DNA from: Blastocatellia bacterium
Lineage (GTDB): Bacteria; Acidobacteriota; Blastocatellia; Pyrinomonadales; Pyrinomonadaceae
Length of the DNA stretch: 64,000 nucleotides
Direction: 5' to 3'
NCBI GenBank assembly: GCA_033858155.1
Contig: JAWVCT010000043.1
Location: 6,351 to 70,350, forward strand
Made by a program: the position numbers and the translations under genes. Below are positions 10,099 to 18,401 of this stretch, piece by piece (the stretch's first letter is position 1; each line of letters begins with the position of its first letter). The notes under the pieces were generated by a model. The model was not told the origin of the DNA, did no database searches, and worked only from the letters and a program-made list of their open reading frames with translations.

Positions 10099-11631
10099 AT
10101 GGAGTTAACCCCAATGATTATCTTTCGTTTCAAACCAGGTCTGGTTTTGGCAGGCGCGCTCTTGTTTTCGGCGGGCGTTGCCGTGGCCCAACACGACGTC
10201 GGCGGTGGCAGTACGCGGGACGCCGCGACGGGCGGAGAGTCCAGCAGCCGCAGCGGCACTCGCGCCCCCGTCAAACGTACGCGAACGGCCCCGACCACGG
10301 TGCGCCGGCCGCGCCCGCCGGTGAGAAGGGAAACCACTGCCGAGCAATACAGTCAGCAGGCCGATGAACTCTTTGACGCCAAGCAGTACGACGACGCGCT
10401 CGAACTTTATCTCAAAGCAGTGCAACTGAAACCATCGGCCCATGCTTACTATCACATCGGTTGGATCTACAACGACCGCGAGGACTTCGATCAAGCGCTT
10501 TCGCCGCTGCAGCAGTCACTGAGGCTCAACCCGAACGACGCCACAGTTCTAAGCGAACTCGGTTTTTCCTATCGTAGTTTGAAACGCTATGACGAAGCGC
10601 TGGCCAGCTATCGCCGCTCGATTGCCGCCAAGCGCGACTACTCGACTCCGTATTATCAAATTGGTTGGATTTACAATGACCAGGGACAGTACGCGCAGGC
10701 GGTCGAACCTTTGAAGCAAGCGGCGGCGCTCCAGGCCAATTATTCCGAAGCTCACGAGGAACTCGGCTATGCCTTTTACAAACTAAATCGATCCCAGGAA
10801 GCGATCGCCGAGTATCAAAACGCTGTGCGCATCAATCCGGAGTATGGCCTGGCTTACCTAGGCCTCGGAGACACGTACTTCTACCAGACCAAACAGTACC
10901 AGCAGGCGATGGAAGCTTACCGGCAGGGCGTGCGGTTCAAGGATGATAATGCGACTGCTTTCTACAATCTCGCCTGGTGCTACAACGAGCTGGATAAGTA
11001 TGCCGAGGCCGCGGGCGCCGCGAAGCGGGCGATTGCCCTGAAGGCCGATTACCCCGAAGCTCTGGTTGAGCTGGGGTTCGCGACCCGCAAACTTGGCGAA
11101 GCGCGCCAGAGTGCGGAACTCTACAATGAAGCCGTCAGTAACTACCGCGAGGCGATCAGACTAAAACCTGGTTATGGCCTCGCGTATACCGGCTTGGGCG
11201 ATGTCTACTTCAGCGATCTCAAGCAATATCAGGAAGCCAGCGTAGCCTACGAGCAATCGATTCGAATTTCTCCAAACAATTATCGGGTGCGCTACAACCT
11301 GGGCTGGAGCTATAACGATCTGGAGCGTTTTGCCGAAGCCGCCAACCATCTGCGCGAGGCGGTCCAGTTGAAGCCGGAAGCTTACGATGCGCATAGCGAG
11401 CTGGGTTTCGCGTATTACAAAGTCGGGCGGCTGCCGGCGGCGGCGGAGACACTGCGCACGGCCATCAGGCTCAAAGGCGATTATGCGACCGCCCACTACT
11501 ACATGGGGCTGGTCCACATTGCGCAGAAAAATAAGCAGGGAGCGCAGGCGGAATATGCGATCCTGCAAAGGCTCGACCGTGATCTGGCGCAGAAACTTTT
11601 CACAGCCGCCCCGCCGAACATGCGCAATTAG
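10099..11631 (+). CDS. secreted tetratricopeptide-repeat protein
   Basis: The signal peptide is ..LLFSAGVAVAQ. This is followed by many 34-aa TPR units with recurring Y(Y/H)IGWIYND.., ELG(F/Y)A(F/Y).. and LKP.YA.A motifs. Confidence 0.9.
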   Translation: MELTPMIIFRFKPGLVLAGALLFSAGVAVAQHDVGGGSTRDAATGGESSSRSGTRAPVKRTRTAPTTVRRPRPPVRRETTAEQYSQQADELFDAKQYDDALELYLKAVQLKPSAHAYYHIGWIYNDREDFDQALSPLQQSLRLNPNDATVLSELGFSYRSLKRYDEALASYRRSIAAKRDYSTPYYQIGWIYNDQGQYAQAVEPLKQAAALQANYSEAHEELGYAFYKLNRSQEAIAEYQNAVRINPEYGLAYLGLGDTYFYQTKQYQQAMEAYRQGVRFKDDNATAFYNLAWCYNELDKYAEAAGAAKRAIALKADYPEALVELGFATRKLGEARQSAELYNEAVSNYREAIRLKPGYGLAYTGLGDVYFSDLKQYQEASVAYEQSIRISPNNYRVRYNLGWSYNDLERFAEAANHLREAVQLKPEAYDAHSELGFAYYKVGRLPAAAETLRTAIRLKGDYATAHYYMGLVHIAQKNKQGAQAEYAILQRLDRDLAQKLFTAAPPNMRN

Positions 11632-11650
11632 CAGGCAGATCGTATCAAGA

Positions 11651-11702
11651 AGCCCGACCGTTAGGGAGGGCTATGCCGGGTGCCCTCCCTAACGGTTGGG
11701 CT
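11651..11702. repeat. long hairpin repeat (CCGACCGTTAGGGAGGG family), likely also a terminator for the TPR gene
   Basis: AGCCCGACCGTTAGGGAGGGC (11651-11671) pairs with GCCCTCCCTAACGGTTGGGCT (11682-11702), with one G-T wobble. Confidence 0.8.
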
Positions 11703-11726
11703 TCTGACACACCTGTTACAAACCAC

Positions 11727-12671
11727 ATGCCGACAGCCATCGTTCATCATCCGGTTTTCGAAAAGCACGACACGGGTCCTAATCACCCGGAAAGACCCGA
11801 GCGCTATCGTGTGGTGATCGATGCTTTGCGTGGCGATCCCGCGCTTTGGAAAGACGTCGTGGAGATCGAGGCGGAGGAAGCGCGACGCAGCGACATTCAA
11901 GCTTGTCACACGCCACAGCATTACAAACACGTTGAGGAAGCAGTTCGTGAGGGCAAAGGTTATCTCGATAACGACACGCTGGTTTCGGGAGACTCGCTCG
12001 AGGCCGCGTTACGCGCGGCGGGCGCAGCGTGCCAGGCGATCGATGCGGTGATGGAAGGCACGGCGAAGAATGCCTTTGTGCCCGTGCGTCCTCCAGGACA
12101 CCACGCGACATCGGATCGAGCGATGGGCTTTTGTCTCTTCAATAATGTCGCCGTCGCGGCGAGGTATGCACAGAAGCGATATAAAGAGATCGAGCGGGTG
12201 GCGATTCTTGATTGGGACGTGCATCACGGCAATGGGACCCAGGGTATTTTCTACGAAGACGCTTCCGTGTTTTATTTTTCAATGCACCAGTATCCCTGGT
12301 ATCCGGGCACCGGTTCGCGCGGAGAGACCGGTCACGGTCGCGGCCGTGGGTTCACGTTGAACGTACCCTTACGCGCGCTGACGCCGACCAGGGATCAGCG
12401 TCGCGCTTTCGAGTCGGCCATCGAAGAGATCGCCAACAACTACACGCCGGATCTGGTGATCGTCTCGGCGGGGTTCGACGCTCACAAGGCCGATCCGCTG
12501 GGACAGTTGCTCCTCGGCGACGAAGATTTTGTCCAGATGACCAGAGTGGTTAAGCAGTGGGCCGACGAAGCCTGCGCCGGGCGCGTCATCTCCTGCATGG
12601 AAGGCGGATACAACCTGGAGACTCTGGGAGAGACCGCGCGGGCGCACGTGCGCGAGCTACAGCGTTCCTGA
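11727..12671 (+). CDS. histone deacetylase-family (class II HDAC / acetoin-utilisation-like) deacetylase
   Basis: Motifs RPPGHHA, FCLFNN, DWDVHHGNGTQ and GGYN are present. ATG at 11727 (MPTAIVHHP..) is preferred because the track start at 11673 lies inside the hairpin repeat. Confidence 0.9.
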   Translation: MPTAIVHHPVFEKHDTGPNHPERPERYRVVIDALRGDPALWKDVVEIEAEEARRSDIQACHTPQHYKHVEEAVREGKGYLDNDTLVSGDSLEAALRAAGAACQAIDAVMEGTAKNAFVPVRPPGHHATSDRAMGFCLFNNVAVAARYAQKRYKEIERVAILDWDVHHGNGTQGIFYEDASVFYFSMHQYPWYPGTGSRGETGHGRGRGFTLNVPLRALTPTRDQRRAFESAIEEIANNYTPDLVIVSAGFDAHKADPLGQLLLGDEDFVQMTRVVKQWADEACAGRVISCMEGGYNLETLGETARAHVRELQRS

Positions 12672-12678
12672 TGGTCTT

Positions 12679-12812
12679 ATGGAGTGCGCCGGCAGAGCGC
12701 AGCGGCGACGGCGCTTTGGTTTCGACCTCCCTCTTTCTTACCTCGTGAAAAGGCAATAGGGCGGGCCCATCCAAAGCGGTGTCGCGCTTCGCTTGCCACC
12801 GCGCTCCAAAGT
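12679..12812. repeat. inverted pair of about 44-bp repeats (GGAGCGCAGCGGCGACGGCGCTTTGG family)
   Basis: Copy 12679-12722 is about 75% identical, by eye, to the reverse complement of copy 12769-12812. Confidence 0.7.
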
Positions 12813-12906
12813 CTCGGACATTTGCTGTACAGCATTCCTTTCATGGAGTAAACTTTGCGCCAAGCTTACACAATAAATCTCAAGATATATTTCCGGGGAG
12901 ACAGCC

Positions 12907-13209
12907 ATGCCAGATCTTGAAATTACTTGCACCGAATGCGGAGATATCTTCCCCTTTGGTGAACGAGAGCAGGATTACTATCGCGAGCGCGGCCTGACCC
13001 ATCCAAAGCGCTGCAAACCGTGTCGCGACGCGCGCCGGCAGAACGCTGGTGGAGCACGGCAAGGTGGAGGATCGGAACGCGAGAAGTTTGAGATTACCTG
13101 CGATCAGTGCGGCAAGCCGGACAGCGTGCCCTTCAAACCGGCGCCCGGCCGGCCGGTGCTCTGTAGTTATTGCTTCAGTGCCAGCCGCGCGCAGAATCGC
13201 GGCGCGTGA
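12907..13209 (+). CDS. double zinc-ribbon protein with C-terminal CxxC-x17-CxxC module
   Basis: GGGGAG lies upstream of the ATG. The protein has CTEC-x24-CKPC, then CDQC-x17-CSYC (spacing counted directly). Confidence 0.75.
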   Translation: MPDLEITCTECGDIFPFGEREQDYYRERGLTHPKRCKPCRDARRQNAGGARQGGGSEREKFEITCDQCGKPDSVPFKPAPGRPVLCSYCFSASRAQNRGA

Positions 13210-13213
13210 AGTA

Positions 13214-13233
13214 GCGCAAGTTGATAACTTGCG
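13214..13233. repeat. CGCAAGTT-N3-AACTTGCG palindrome (copy 1)
   Basis: GCGCAAGTTgatAACTTGCG lies between convergent gene ends. It is related to 21090-21112 and 44156-44178. Confidence 0.7.
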
Positions 13234-13245
13234 TCGCTGATCCTT

Positions 13246-14199
13246 TCAGGCCGCGGCCGTAATAATCACGGCTTGAATTCCCAGCAGCTCGGAAAAGTCT
13301 TTCGTATAGATCGCGTCGATCTTGCGCGCGTTGCCCACGCATTCCACCAACTCGTCGGTCGAAACAAAACCGTCGCTGACGGCTTCGATGGCCCACAGCG
13401 GGAGGTGAGCGGCCGTGTGCAGCAGGTCTTCGATCAGTCCCAGGTACTGCTCTTTGGTTTCGACGTAAGCGTCCAGTTTTCCCGCGCGGTCCTTTGCCAG
13501 CTCAGTCCAGAAACTCTTGCCCATCCGCATCCATTCTTCGCGCCACGTCAGGACGCGGGCGTTGCGGCTGTCATTGGCGCGCGTGGGACGGGGAAGTCTC
13601 AAGAACAACAGATCGGTATCCTGAGTTTCGGCCAGAAAACTCCGGGCCGATTGATTTGAGCTGGTGTTTTTTCGCAGATTATTAAATGGTGGCAGGCCCG
13701 TGTGCCAAACGCGACGAAAAACGTTTGACAGGGACAGCGGCTGGCGCAGATCGCGCGTATCCAGGTTGAACGAGAAGACGTAGTCACCCACCGCCATGCC
13801 GAGGGCCAGGGCGAGCGCGCGCTTGTAAGGCGAAGCTAGACGCTCGGCGTTCGCACGCACGTTGTCGAACCACCAGGCGTCCGTTTCATTGAACCATGTC
13901 AATAGAGTCGGATTGCGAAAATAGTTTCGCGGCACATAAGCGTCGTCGAGAATCGCATCGAGATCCTGTTCAGTTAGGGTCTCACAATTATTTTCGATGA
14001 ACGCCTGTGACTTGGTCCAGGCCCACTGCGCCGGATCGTTGGCCGCTACCCGAGCGTTCCAGCGCTTCAAATAAAGCCCGAGGTTTGGCTCGCCTGCCAG
14101 CGGCAAGGCCACCGAACGAAACTTCAAACGACGAAGCACGCTCAGCTCAAAACCGAGCCAACCGATGCTGCCGCCGCTCAGACCGTTTTGTGTTTGCAT
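13246..14199 (-). CDS. hypothetical protein, possibly a D12 (Dam-like) methyltransferase fold with degenerate motifs
   Basis: About 317 aa from ATG 14199; the track start GTG 14217 lies in a repeat. The layout resembles Dam: GWLGFE, VALPLAGEPN..VAANDP where EPFxGxG..NDIN is expected, and LLFLRLPRP where (D/N)PPY is expected. Weak, by-eye similarity only. Confidence 0.55.
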   Translation of the reverse strand: MQTQNGLSGGSIGWLGFELSVLRRLKFRSVALPLAGEPNLGLYLKRWNARVAANDPAQWAWTKSQAFIENNCETLTEQDLDAILDDAYVPRNYFRNPTLLTWFNETDAWWFDNVRANAERLASPYKRALALALGMAVGDYVFSFNLDTRDLRQPLSLSNVFRRVWHTGLPPFNNLRKNTSSNQSARSFLAETQDTDLLFLRLPRPTRANDSRNARVLTWREEWMRMGKSFWTELAKDRAGKLDAYVETKEQYLGLIEDLLHTAAHLPLWAIEAVSDGFVSTDELVECVGNARKIDAIYTKDFSELLGIQAVIITAAA

Positions 14200-14209
14200 T
14201 ATTTTGTCC

Positions 14210-14290
14210 GAAACCACCTACGGTAGCGGGCGGTTGATCCATCTCTTCAACAGCTCCCGAGTTAACCACGCGCTACCGCAGGTGGTTCTG
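14210..14290. repeat. inverted pair, CAGAACC.CCTGCGGTAGCG family
   Basis: GAAACCACCTACGGTAGCGGGCGGTTGATC (14210-14239) matches the rev-comp of GTTAACCACGCGCTACCGCAGGTGGTTCTG (14261-14290). Single copies lie at 23704-23733 and 27657-27685. Confidence 0.8.
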
Positions 14291-14975
14291 ACACATCTGT
14301 TCCCAGCGCCTGCACGCGGACCAGCATTTCGTCCGCGATCGCCGACAGATCCGGTGGAGCTTCGACCTCGCGCCCGTAACCCTTAAGTTCTTTAAAGGGC
14401 TCAAGCGATAACAGCGCCCGCACGACGCGTGGATCAAATTCCAGCCCGGTCCATTCGAGCAAATGTTCGCGCGCCTGGCCCTCCGTAAAGGCAGTGCGAA
14501 ACGGGCGCGCATCCGTTAGAGAAGCATACGCATCAGCCACGCGCAGGATTCGCGCGCCCAAAGGAATCTGCTCGAAGCGCAAACCGTCAGGATAACCGTT
14601 GCCGTTCCACCACTCGTGATGCCAACGCACCAACAGTTGCGCGCCGCGATCAGCGCCCGCGCGGGCCGCTTCACGTTCTCCCAGCAGTGGATGGCGAGCG
14701 AGATCGATTCTTTCGTCGTCGCTGAGACTGTCCCGCCGGCGAATATAGTCGCGGTTCATTACGACCTCGCCGAGATCGTGAGCCAGAGCGGCAATGCGGA
14801 GCGAGAAACGATCGCGCGAGCCCAGGTGAAACGATCTACCTATCTGATCGGCAATCACCGCGATGCGGCTCGCATGCGGATTCGCATAACCCTCAAATTC
14901 GTCGGCCGCCCCGCTCAGGTCACGGAAGACTTCGATCGCGTTAAGCTGGTCGCTTTCGATGGCTTCGATTGGCAT
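14262..14975 (-). CDS. HD-GYP domain phosphohydrolase (c-di-GMP phosphodiesterase type)
   Basis: It has LAHDLGE (HD) and HHEWWNGNGYPDGL (GYP). The last residues ..PPAVARG are encoded by the repeat at 14261-14290. Confidence 0.88.
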   Translation of the reverse strand: MPIEAIESDQLNAIEVFRDLSGAADEFEGYANPHASRIAVIADQIGRSFHLGSRDRFSLRIAALAHDLGEVVMNRDYIRRRDSLSDDERIDLARHPLLGEREAARAGADRGAQLLVRWHHEWWNGNGYPDGLRFEQIPLGARILRVADAYASLTDARPFRTAFTEGQAREHLLEWTGLEFDPRVVRALLSLEPFKELKGYGREVEAPPDLSAIADEMLVRVQALGTDVSEPPAVARG

Positions 14976-15002
14976 AAGATCTAAACTAGTCGTTTCGCGA
15001 GT

Positions 15003-16493
15003 TCAGGATTTGTGGCTCTTGCCCCTCAAACTCAGGAGCAGCGAGCGCGCCGCCTGGTTTTTTGGATCGGTAGCCAGGGCGCGCTCCAACTCGCCCTCCG
15101 CCCGTCTTTGTAAGCCCAACTGTTTATATAACTCAGCCAGCATAACCCGATAAGAGGTGTTGTCCGGCTCGAGGGAAAGCGCCGTTTGCAACTCGCTCTC
15201 GGCAATGCGCCTGGTGTTTGATTGCCGGATCAACGCGTGGCCATAGTGCGCGCGATAGCGGGCCTCGCGCGGCGATAGCATTGCTGCTTCCGCCAGAAAT
15301 CGTATTGCCTCATCGGGTTGATTGCGTTTCAGCGCATCCAGTCCATGTTGGAAACTGGCCTCGGCGCGGTCGGTATCTGCTTTTGGCGTTGACCGTTTTG
15401 CGCCATTCGAGTCCCGTACAGGAGTTGCCGTTGGCTGACGGAAGGCCGGTATTGGTTTCGGCGAACTCTGCGAGTCATAAGCCGCGCGCAGGGTCTGGTC
15501 GCTCAACGTCTCGTACGCCTGGGCGATACGCGCGAAAGTCGACTCTACTTTGGCGCGTAGTTGGGGTTCGCGTTGGTGAAAACGATCGGGATGAAAGCGC
15601 CGAGCCAACGCATGATAGGCGCTCTTGACCTCTTCAATCGTGGTCAATGGCGATACGTCAAGCACGTCGTAGTGGTCCTTTGCAATTTGCAGCCGCGCAA
15701 ATAGCGCTTCAACTTCCATGAGTTCATCCACTTCAGTCGCGACGTCGGCGGTCTTACTTTGGCCTCCGCGTAGCGATTTGACGGGTACGGTGGAAGCGTC
15801 AGTTGCCAGTGCAACCGGCCAGCCACTGCGCTGCAATAAACCGGATAACGACAGTGCGTAGGTCGCGCGGTAGACGTCCTCTTCGGCGGAGTCGCTGAGC
15901 GCGGTCAACTGGTCGAGCGTCACAGCATCCGACACGCGCGAAAGGATAAGAGCTTCCGAGGGCAGGAGGTTTTGGGCATTATTGCCGAAGAGTTTCAAAT
16001 AGGAGCTTTCGGTTTCCTTGAGACGCGAAGCGACGAAAGGCGCCGGAAGATGACGAGCGCACTCGAGCAGCAAACGACTCACGTTAATCTGAACTCGAAC
16101 TCCATCAGCCAACCGGACGCGTGGCTCAAATTCCCAGCTTCCGGCGATCCACAATAACGCGAGGCGCAACACGTCGCAAACCTGATTGCCCCGAATCGCG
16201 GCCAGCGTCTGCGGTTTCAAAAGTCCTTTTTGAAGCATGGCGGCGGCGAGTTCCTCGTCGGGAATCTTGGCGGGGAACTCGGCGATATGCTCGTCAGTCA
16301 GTCCGTTGCGTTTTACTACTTCACGCAGGCGATGCGCGCGTAGATTAGACGTGGCGAAAACCAACTCGCCGTTTTCGAAATAGATAACTACCTTGGCGTG
16401 TTCGCGTGAGAGACGCAGAGCGCCCGTCAGTCCGTTCGCGGTGATTTCGCGAATCAATTCAGCTAAGGGATGTGCGGCCAGTTTTCCTGTCAT
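15003..16493 (-). CDS. DUF4388 / J-domain / TPR protein
   Basis: ATG at 16493 overlaps the higA stop (ATGA). The N-terminal DUF4388-like segment is LAELIREITANGLTGALRLSREHAKVVIYFENGELVFATSN. The J domain is DHYDVLDVSPLTTIEEVKSAYHALARRFHPDRF, and the C-terminus carries TPRs. Confidence 0.85.
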   Translation of the reverse strand: MTGKLAAHPLAELIREITANGLTGALRLSREHAKVVIYFENGELVFATSNLRAHRLREVVKRNGLTDEHIAEFPAKIPDEELAAAMLQKGLLKPQTLAAIRGNQVCDVLRLALLWIAGSWEFEPRVRLADGVRVQINVSRLLLECARHLPAPFVASRLKETESSYLKLFGNNAQNLLPSEALILSRVSDAVTLDQLTALSDSAEEDVYRATYALSLSGLLQRSGWPVALATDASTVPVKSLRGGQSKTADVATEVDELMEVEALFARLQIAKDHYDVLDVSPLTTIEEVKSAYHALARRFHPDRFHQREPQLRAKVESTFARIAQAYETLSDQTLRAAYDSQSSPKPIPAFRQPTATPVRDSNGAKRSTPKADTDRAEASFQHGLDALKRNQPDEAIRFLAEAAMLSPREARYRAHYGHALIRQSNTRRIAESELQTALSLEPDNTSYRVMLAELYKQLGLQRRAEGELERALATDPKNQAARSLLLSLRGKSHKS

Positions 16494-16792
16494 GCTACAG
16501 CTTTGTACGGCCGGACTTCTTGTGTAACAAGTTTGCCGAATTGGTCTTCGGTGATATCCATGTCGTAACGGCTCTGCAGGTTCAACCAAAAACGGGGACT
16601 TTGATTAAAATAACGTCCCAGGCGCAACGCCAACTCTGCTGTGATTGGGCGCTGCCCGCGAACCACATGGGTCACGCGCATGGCAGTAACTCCAATCTCT
16701 TGCGCAAGGCGATACTGCGAGAGTTCAAGCTCCTCAAGCAACTCTTTCAGGTAAGCGCCCGGATGCACTGGAGCGATTTGCTTTCTTGTCAT
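16490..16792 (-). CDS. higA: HigA-family antitoxin (XRE-type HTH)
   Basis: MTRKQIAPVHPGAYLKELLEELELSQYRLAQEIGVTAMRVTHVVRGQRPITAELALRLGRYF matches the HigA/VapI layout. ATG at 16792 is preferred to GTG at 16801. Confidence 0.85.
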   Translation of the reverse strand: MTRKQIAPVHPGAYLKELLEELELSQYRLAQEIGVTAMRVTHVVRGQRPITAELALRLGRYFNQSPRFWLNLQSRYDMDITEDQFGKLVTQEVRPYKAVA

Positions 16793-16800
16793 AATCTTCA

Positions 16801-16915
16801 CTAAATGATTTCTACATACTCACCATAGTAAGGTCAAGACCCTGGAGCGCGGTGGTGAGAAGGGTAATGGCACCCATCGCCCTTTCTTGAGATTTTCAAG
16901 ACAAAGGAAGACCGT
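16801..16915 (-). pseudogene. possible frameshifted, truncated higB toxin relic
   Basis: 8 nt upstream of the higA ATG a short frame ends ..YGEYVEII-TAG (compare the HigB C-terminus ..DVEIVDYH). Neighbouring frames read LENLKKGRW (compare LEKLKGDRKGQW) and AITL. The fragments are spread over three frames with stops, and the gap to xerC (194 nt) is too short for an intact higB. Confidence 0.3.
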
Positions 16916-16995
16916 CGATCCACGGAATCACTCGAACAATTTCGCTGCTCATTCGTGTGGGTTGTGGATGGCTGCTGGCTCGGAGATTCCAGGTC

Positions 16996-17919
16996 TTACG
17001 CTTTCGGATGCGCCTTGTCGTACACCGCGATCAGCTTTTCCATCGAAACGTGAGTGTAGATCTGGGTAGTCGAAAGACGCGCGTGACCGAGAAGTTCCTG
17101 AATGTCCCGCAGGTCCGCCCCGCTATCCAGCAGGTGGGTGGCGAATGAATGGCGGAGCGCATGCGGACTGATATCGTGGATGCCCGCGCAGAGGCGAATG
17201 TACTTTTCCACCAGCCGGCCGACTGAACGCGTGGTCATGCGCGTGCCCTGATAATTCAGAAGCAGAGGCTGGGCATCGCGCTTGGCGACCGGCGCATTCG
17301 CCAGAAAGTTCTCGCGCACCGCCAGGTAATCTTTCAGAGCCCTCGCGGCCGGATCGCCAAACGGCACGATGCGCTCTTTGCGGCGTTTGCCGAAGACTCG
17401 CAGCAATTTGTTTTGAAAGTCGATGTCGCGAAGATTAAGCTGGACCAACTCCGAAACGCGCACGCCGGTGGCATAAAGCATTTCCAGGATAGCCCGGTCC
17501 CGCTTGCCAAAATCGGTTTCGATGTCCGGCGTTTCAATGAAGCGGACGGCGTCTTCAATCGAAAGATGCACCGGCAGCTTCTTTTCTTTGCGTGGAGTAG
17601 CAACCAGCTTCGCCGGATTCAATTCGAGTAATCCTTCGCGCACCAGGAACTGAAAGAAGGTGCGCAACGCCGCGAGCTTTCTCGCGATGGATGTCTTCTT
17701 CTTTTGGTCTGAATGAAGCGAAGCGAGCCACTCGCGAATCGTCAGATGATCGATTTGCGCGATGTCCGGCTGTTCTCGTTTTTGAGTCTGGGGATCGACA
17801 GGCGCCAGGTAAGCGAAGAACTGCAGCAGGTCGCTTTCGTAATTGCGCAGGGTGTGCGCGCTAACGTTGCGCTCGTAGCGCAGGTGATCGAGGAATTGAG
17901 TCAGAAGTTGATCAAGCAT
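16996..17919 (-). CDS. xerC: tyrosine recombinase XerC/XerD family
   Basis: The N-terminal SAM-like domain reads [26 protein letters not shown]. Catalytic motifs are [10 protein letters not shown] and [14 protein letters not shown]. Confidence 0.9.
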   Translation of the reverse strand: MLDQLLTQFLDHLRYERNVSAHTLRNYESDLLQFFAYLAPVDPQTQKREQPDIAQIDHLTIREWLASLHSDQKKKTSIARKLAALRTFFQFLVREGLLELNPAKLVATPRKEKKLPVHLSIEDAVRFIETPDIETDFGKRDRAILEMLYATGVRVSELVQLNLRDIDFQNKLLRVFGKRRKERIVPFGDPAARALKDYLAVRENFLANAPVAKRDAQPLLLNYQGTRMTTRSVGRLVEKYIRLCAGIHDISPHALRHSFATHLLDSGADLRDIQELLGHARLSTTQIYTHVSMEKLIAVYDKAHPKA

Positions 17920-17934
17920 CGTGCGCCGCCTAAC

Positions 17935-18267
17935 TCACATAGCGTGGTAGACAGGATACACTGCCACCAGGACCGTCTCCTCCTGCGAGAGAGCCCGTTT
18001 CACAACGCTTCGGATTCGCTCAGCGTATAGTTCTATAAGAAGTCGATCTCTCTCCCAGAGGAAAGGCGTATCAGAGAAAAGGAGATTGACTCTGTCCGGG
18101 GAAATTAATCCATCTGACGACCGGTACTTGCCGTTAGTCTCTATCGTAGTAGAGCCGCCGTATGCGTAGGTGAGTTCATTCCCAAGTTGCTCAAGGATGG
18201 TGCCGTAGATCGGATCAGGAAAATCAGGAATGAAGATTTCGATGCGAACCTTCTCTGATAGCGGCAA
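17935..18267 (-). CDS. hypothetical protein (110 aa)
   Basis: TTG start with GGAG 7 nt upstream. The region is AT-richer than its flanks. No family recognised. Confidence 0.5.
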   Translation of the reverse strand: MPLSEKVRIEIFIPDFPDPIYGTILEQLGNELTYAYGGSTTIETNGKYRSSDGLISPDRVNLLFSDTPFLWERDRLLIELYAERIRSVVKRALSQEETVLVAVYPVYHAM

Positions 18268-18379
18268 TCAGTTTCTCCATGCGTTTTGGGAAAGCCTTGA
18301 CCCGTTTCAAGGCCTCTTCGCGCGTTACCTGCTCCCTCTTGGGGCGCTGAATCTTAACTTTTTTCTCTTGTGCCTTCAT
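18224..18379 (-). CDS. hypothetical small basic protein (51 aa), below the ORF-track length cutoff
   Basis: Hand-translated as MKAQEKKVKIQRPKREQVTREEALKRVKAFPKRMEKLIAAIREGSHRNLHS. GAGG lies 7 nt upstream of the ATG at 18379. It overlaps the next ORF by 44 nt in another frame. Confidence 0.4.
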   Translation of the reverse strand: MKAQEKKVKIQRPKREQVTREEALKRVKAFPKRMEKLIAAIREGSHRNLHS

Positions 18380-18401
18380 TTCTCAACCTCGGATCTTAAC
18401 T

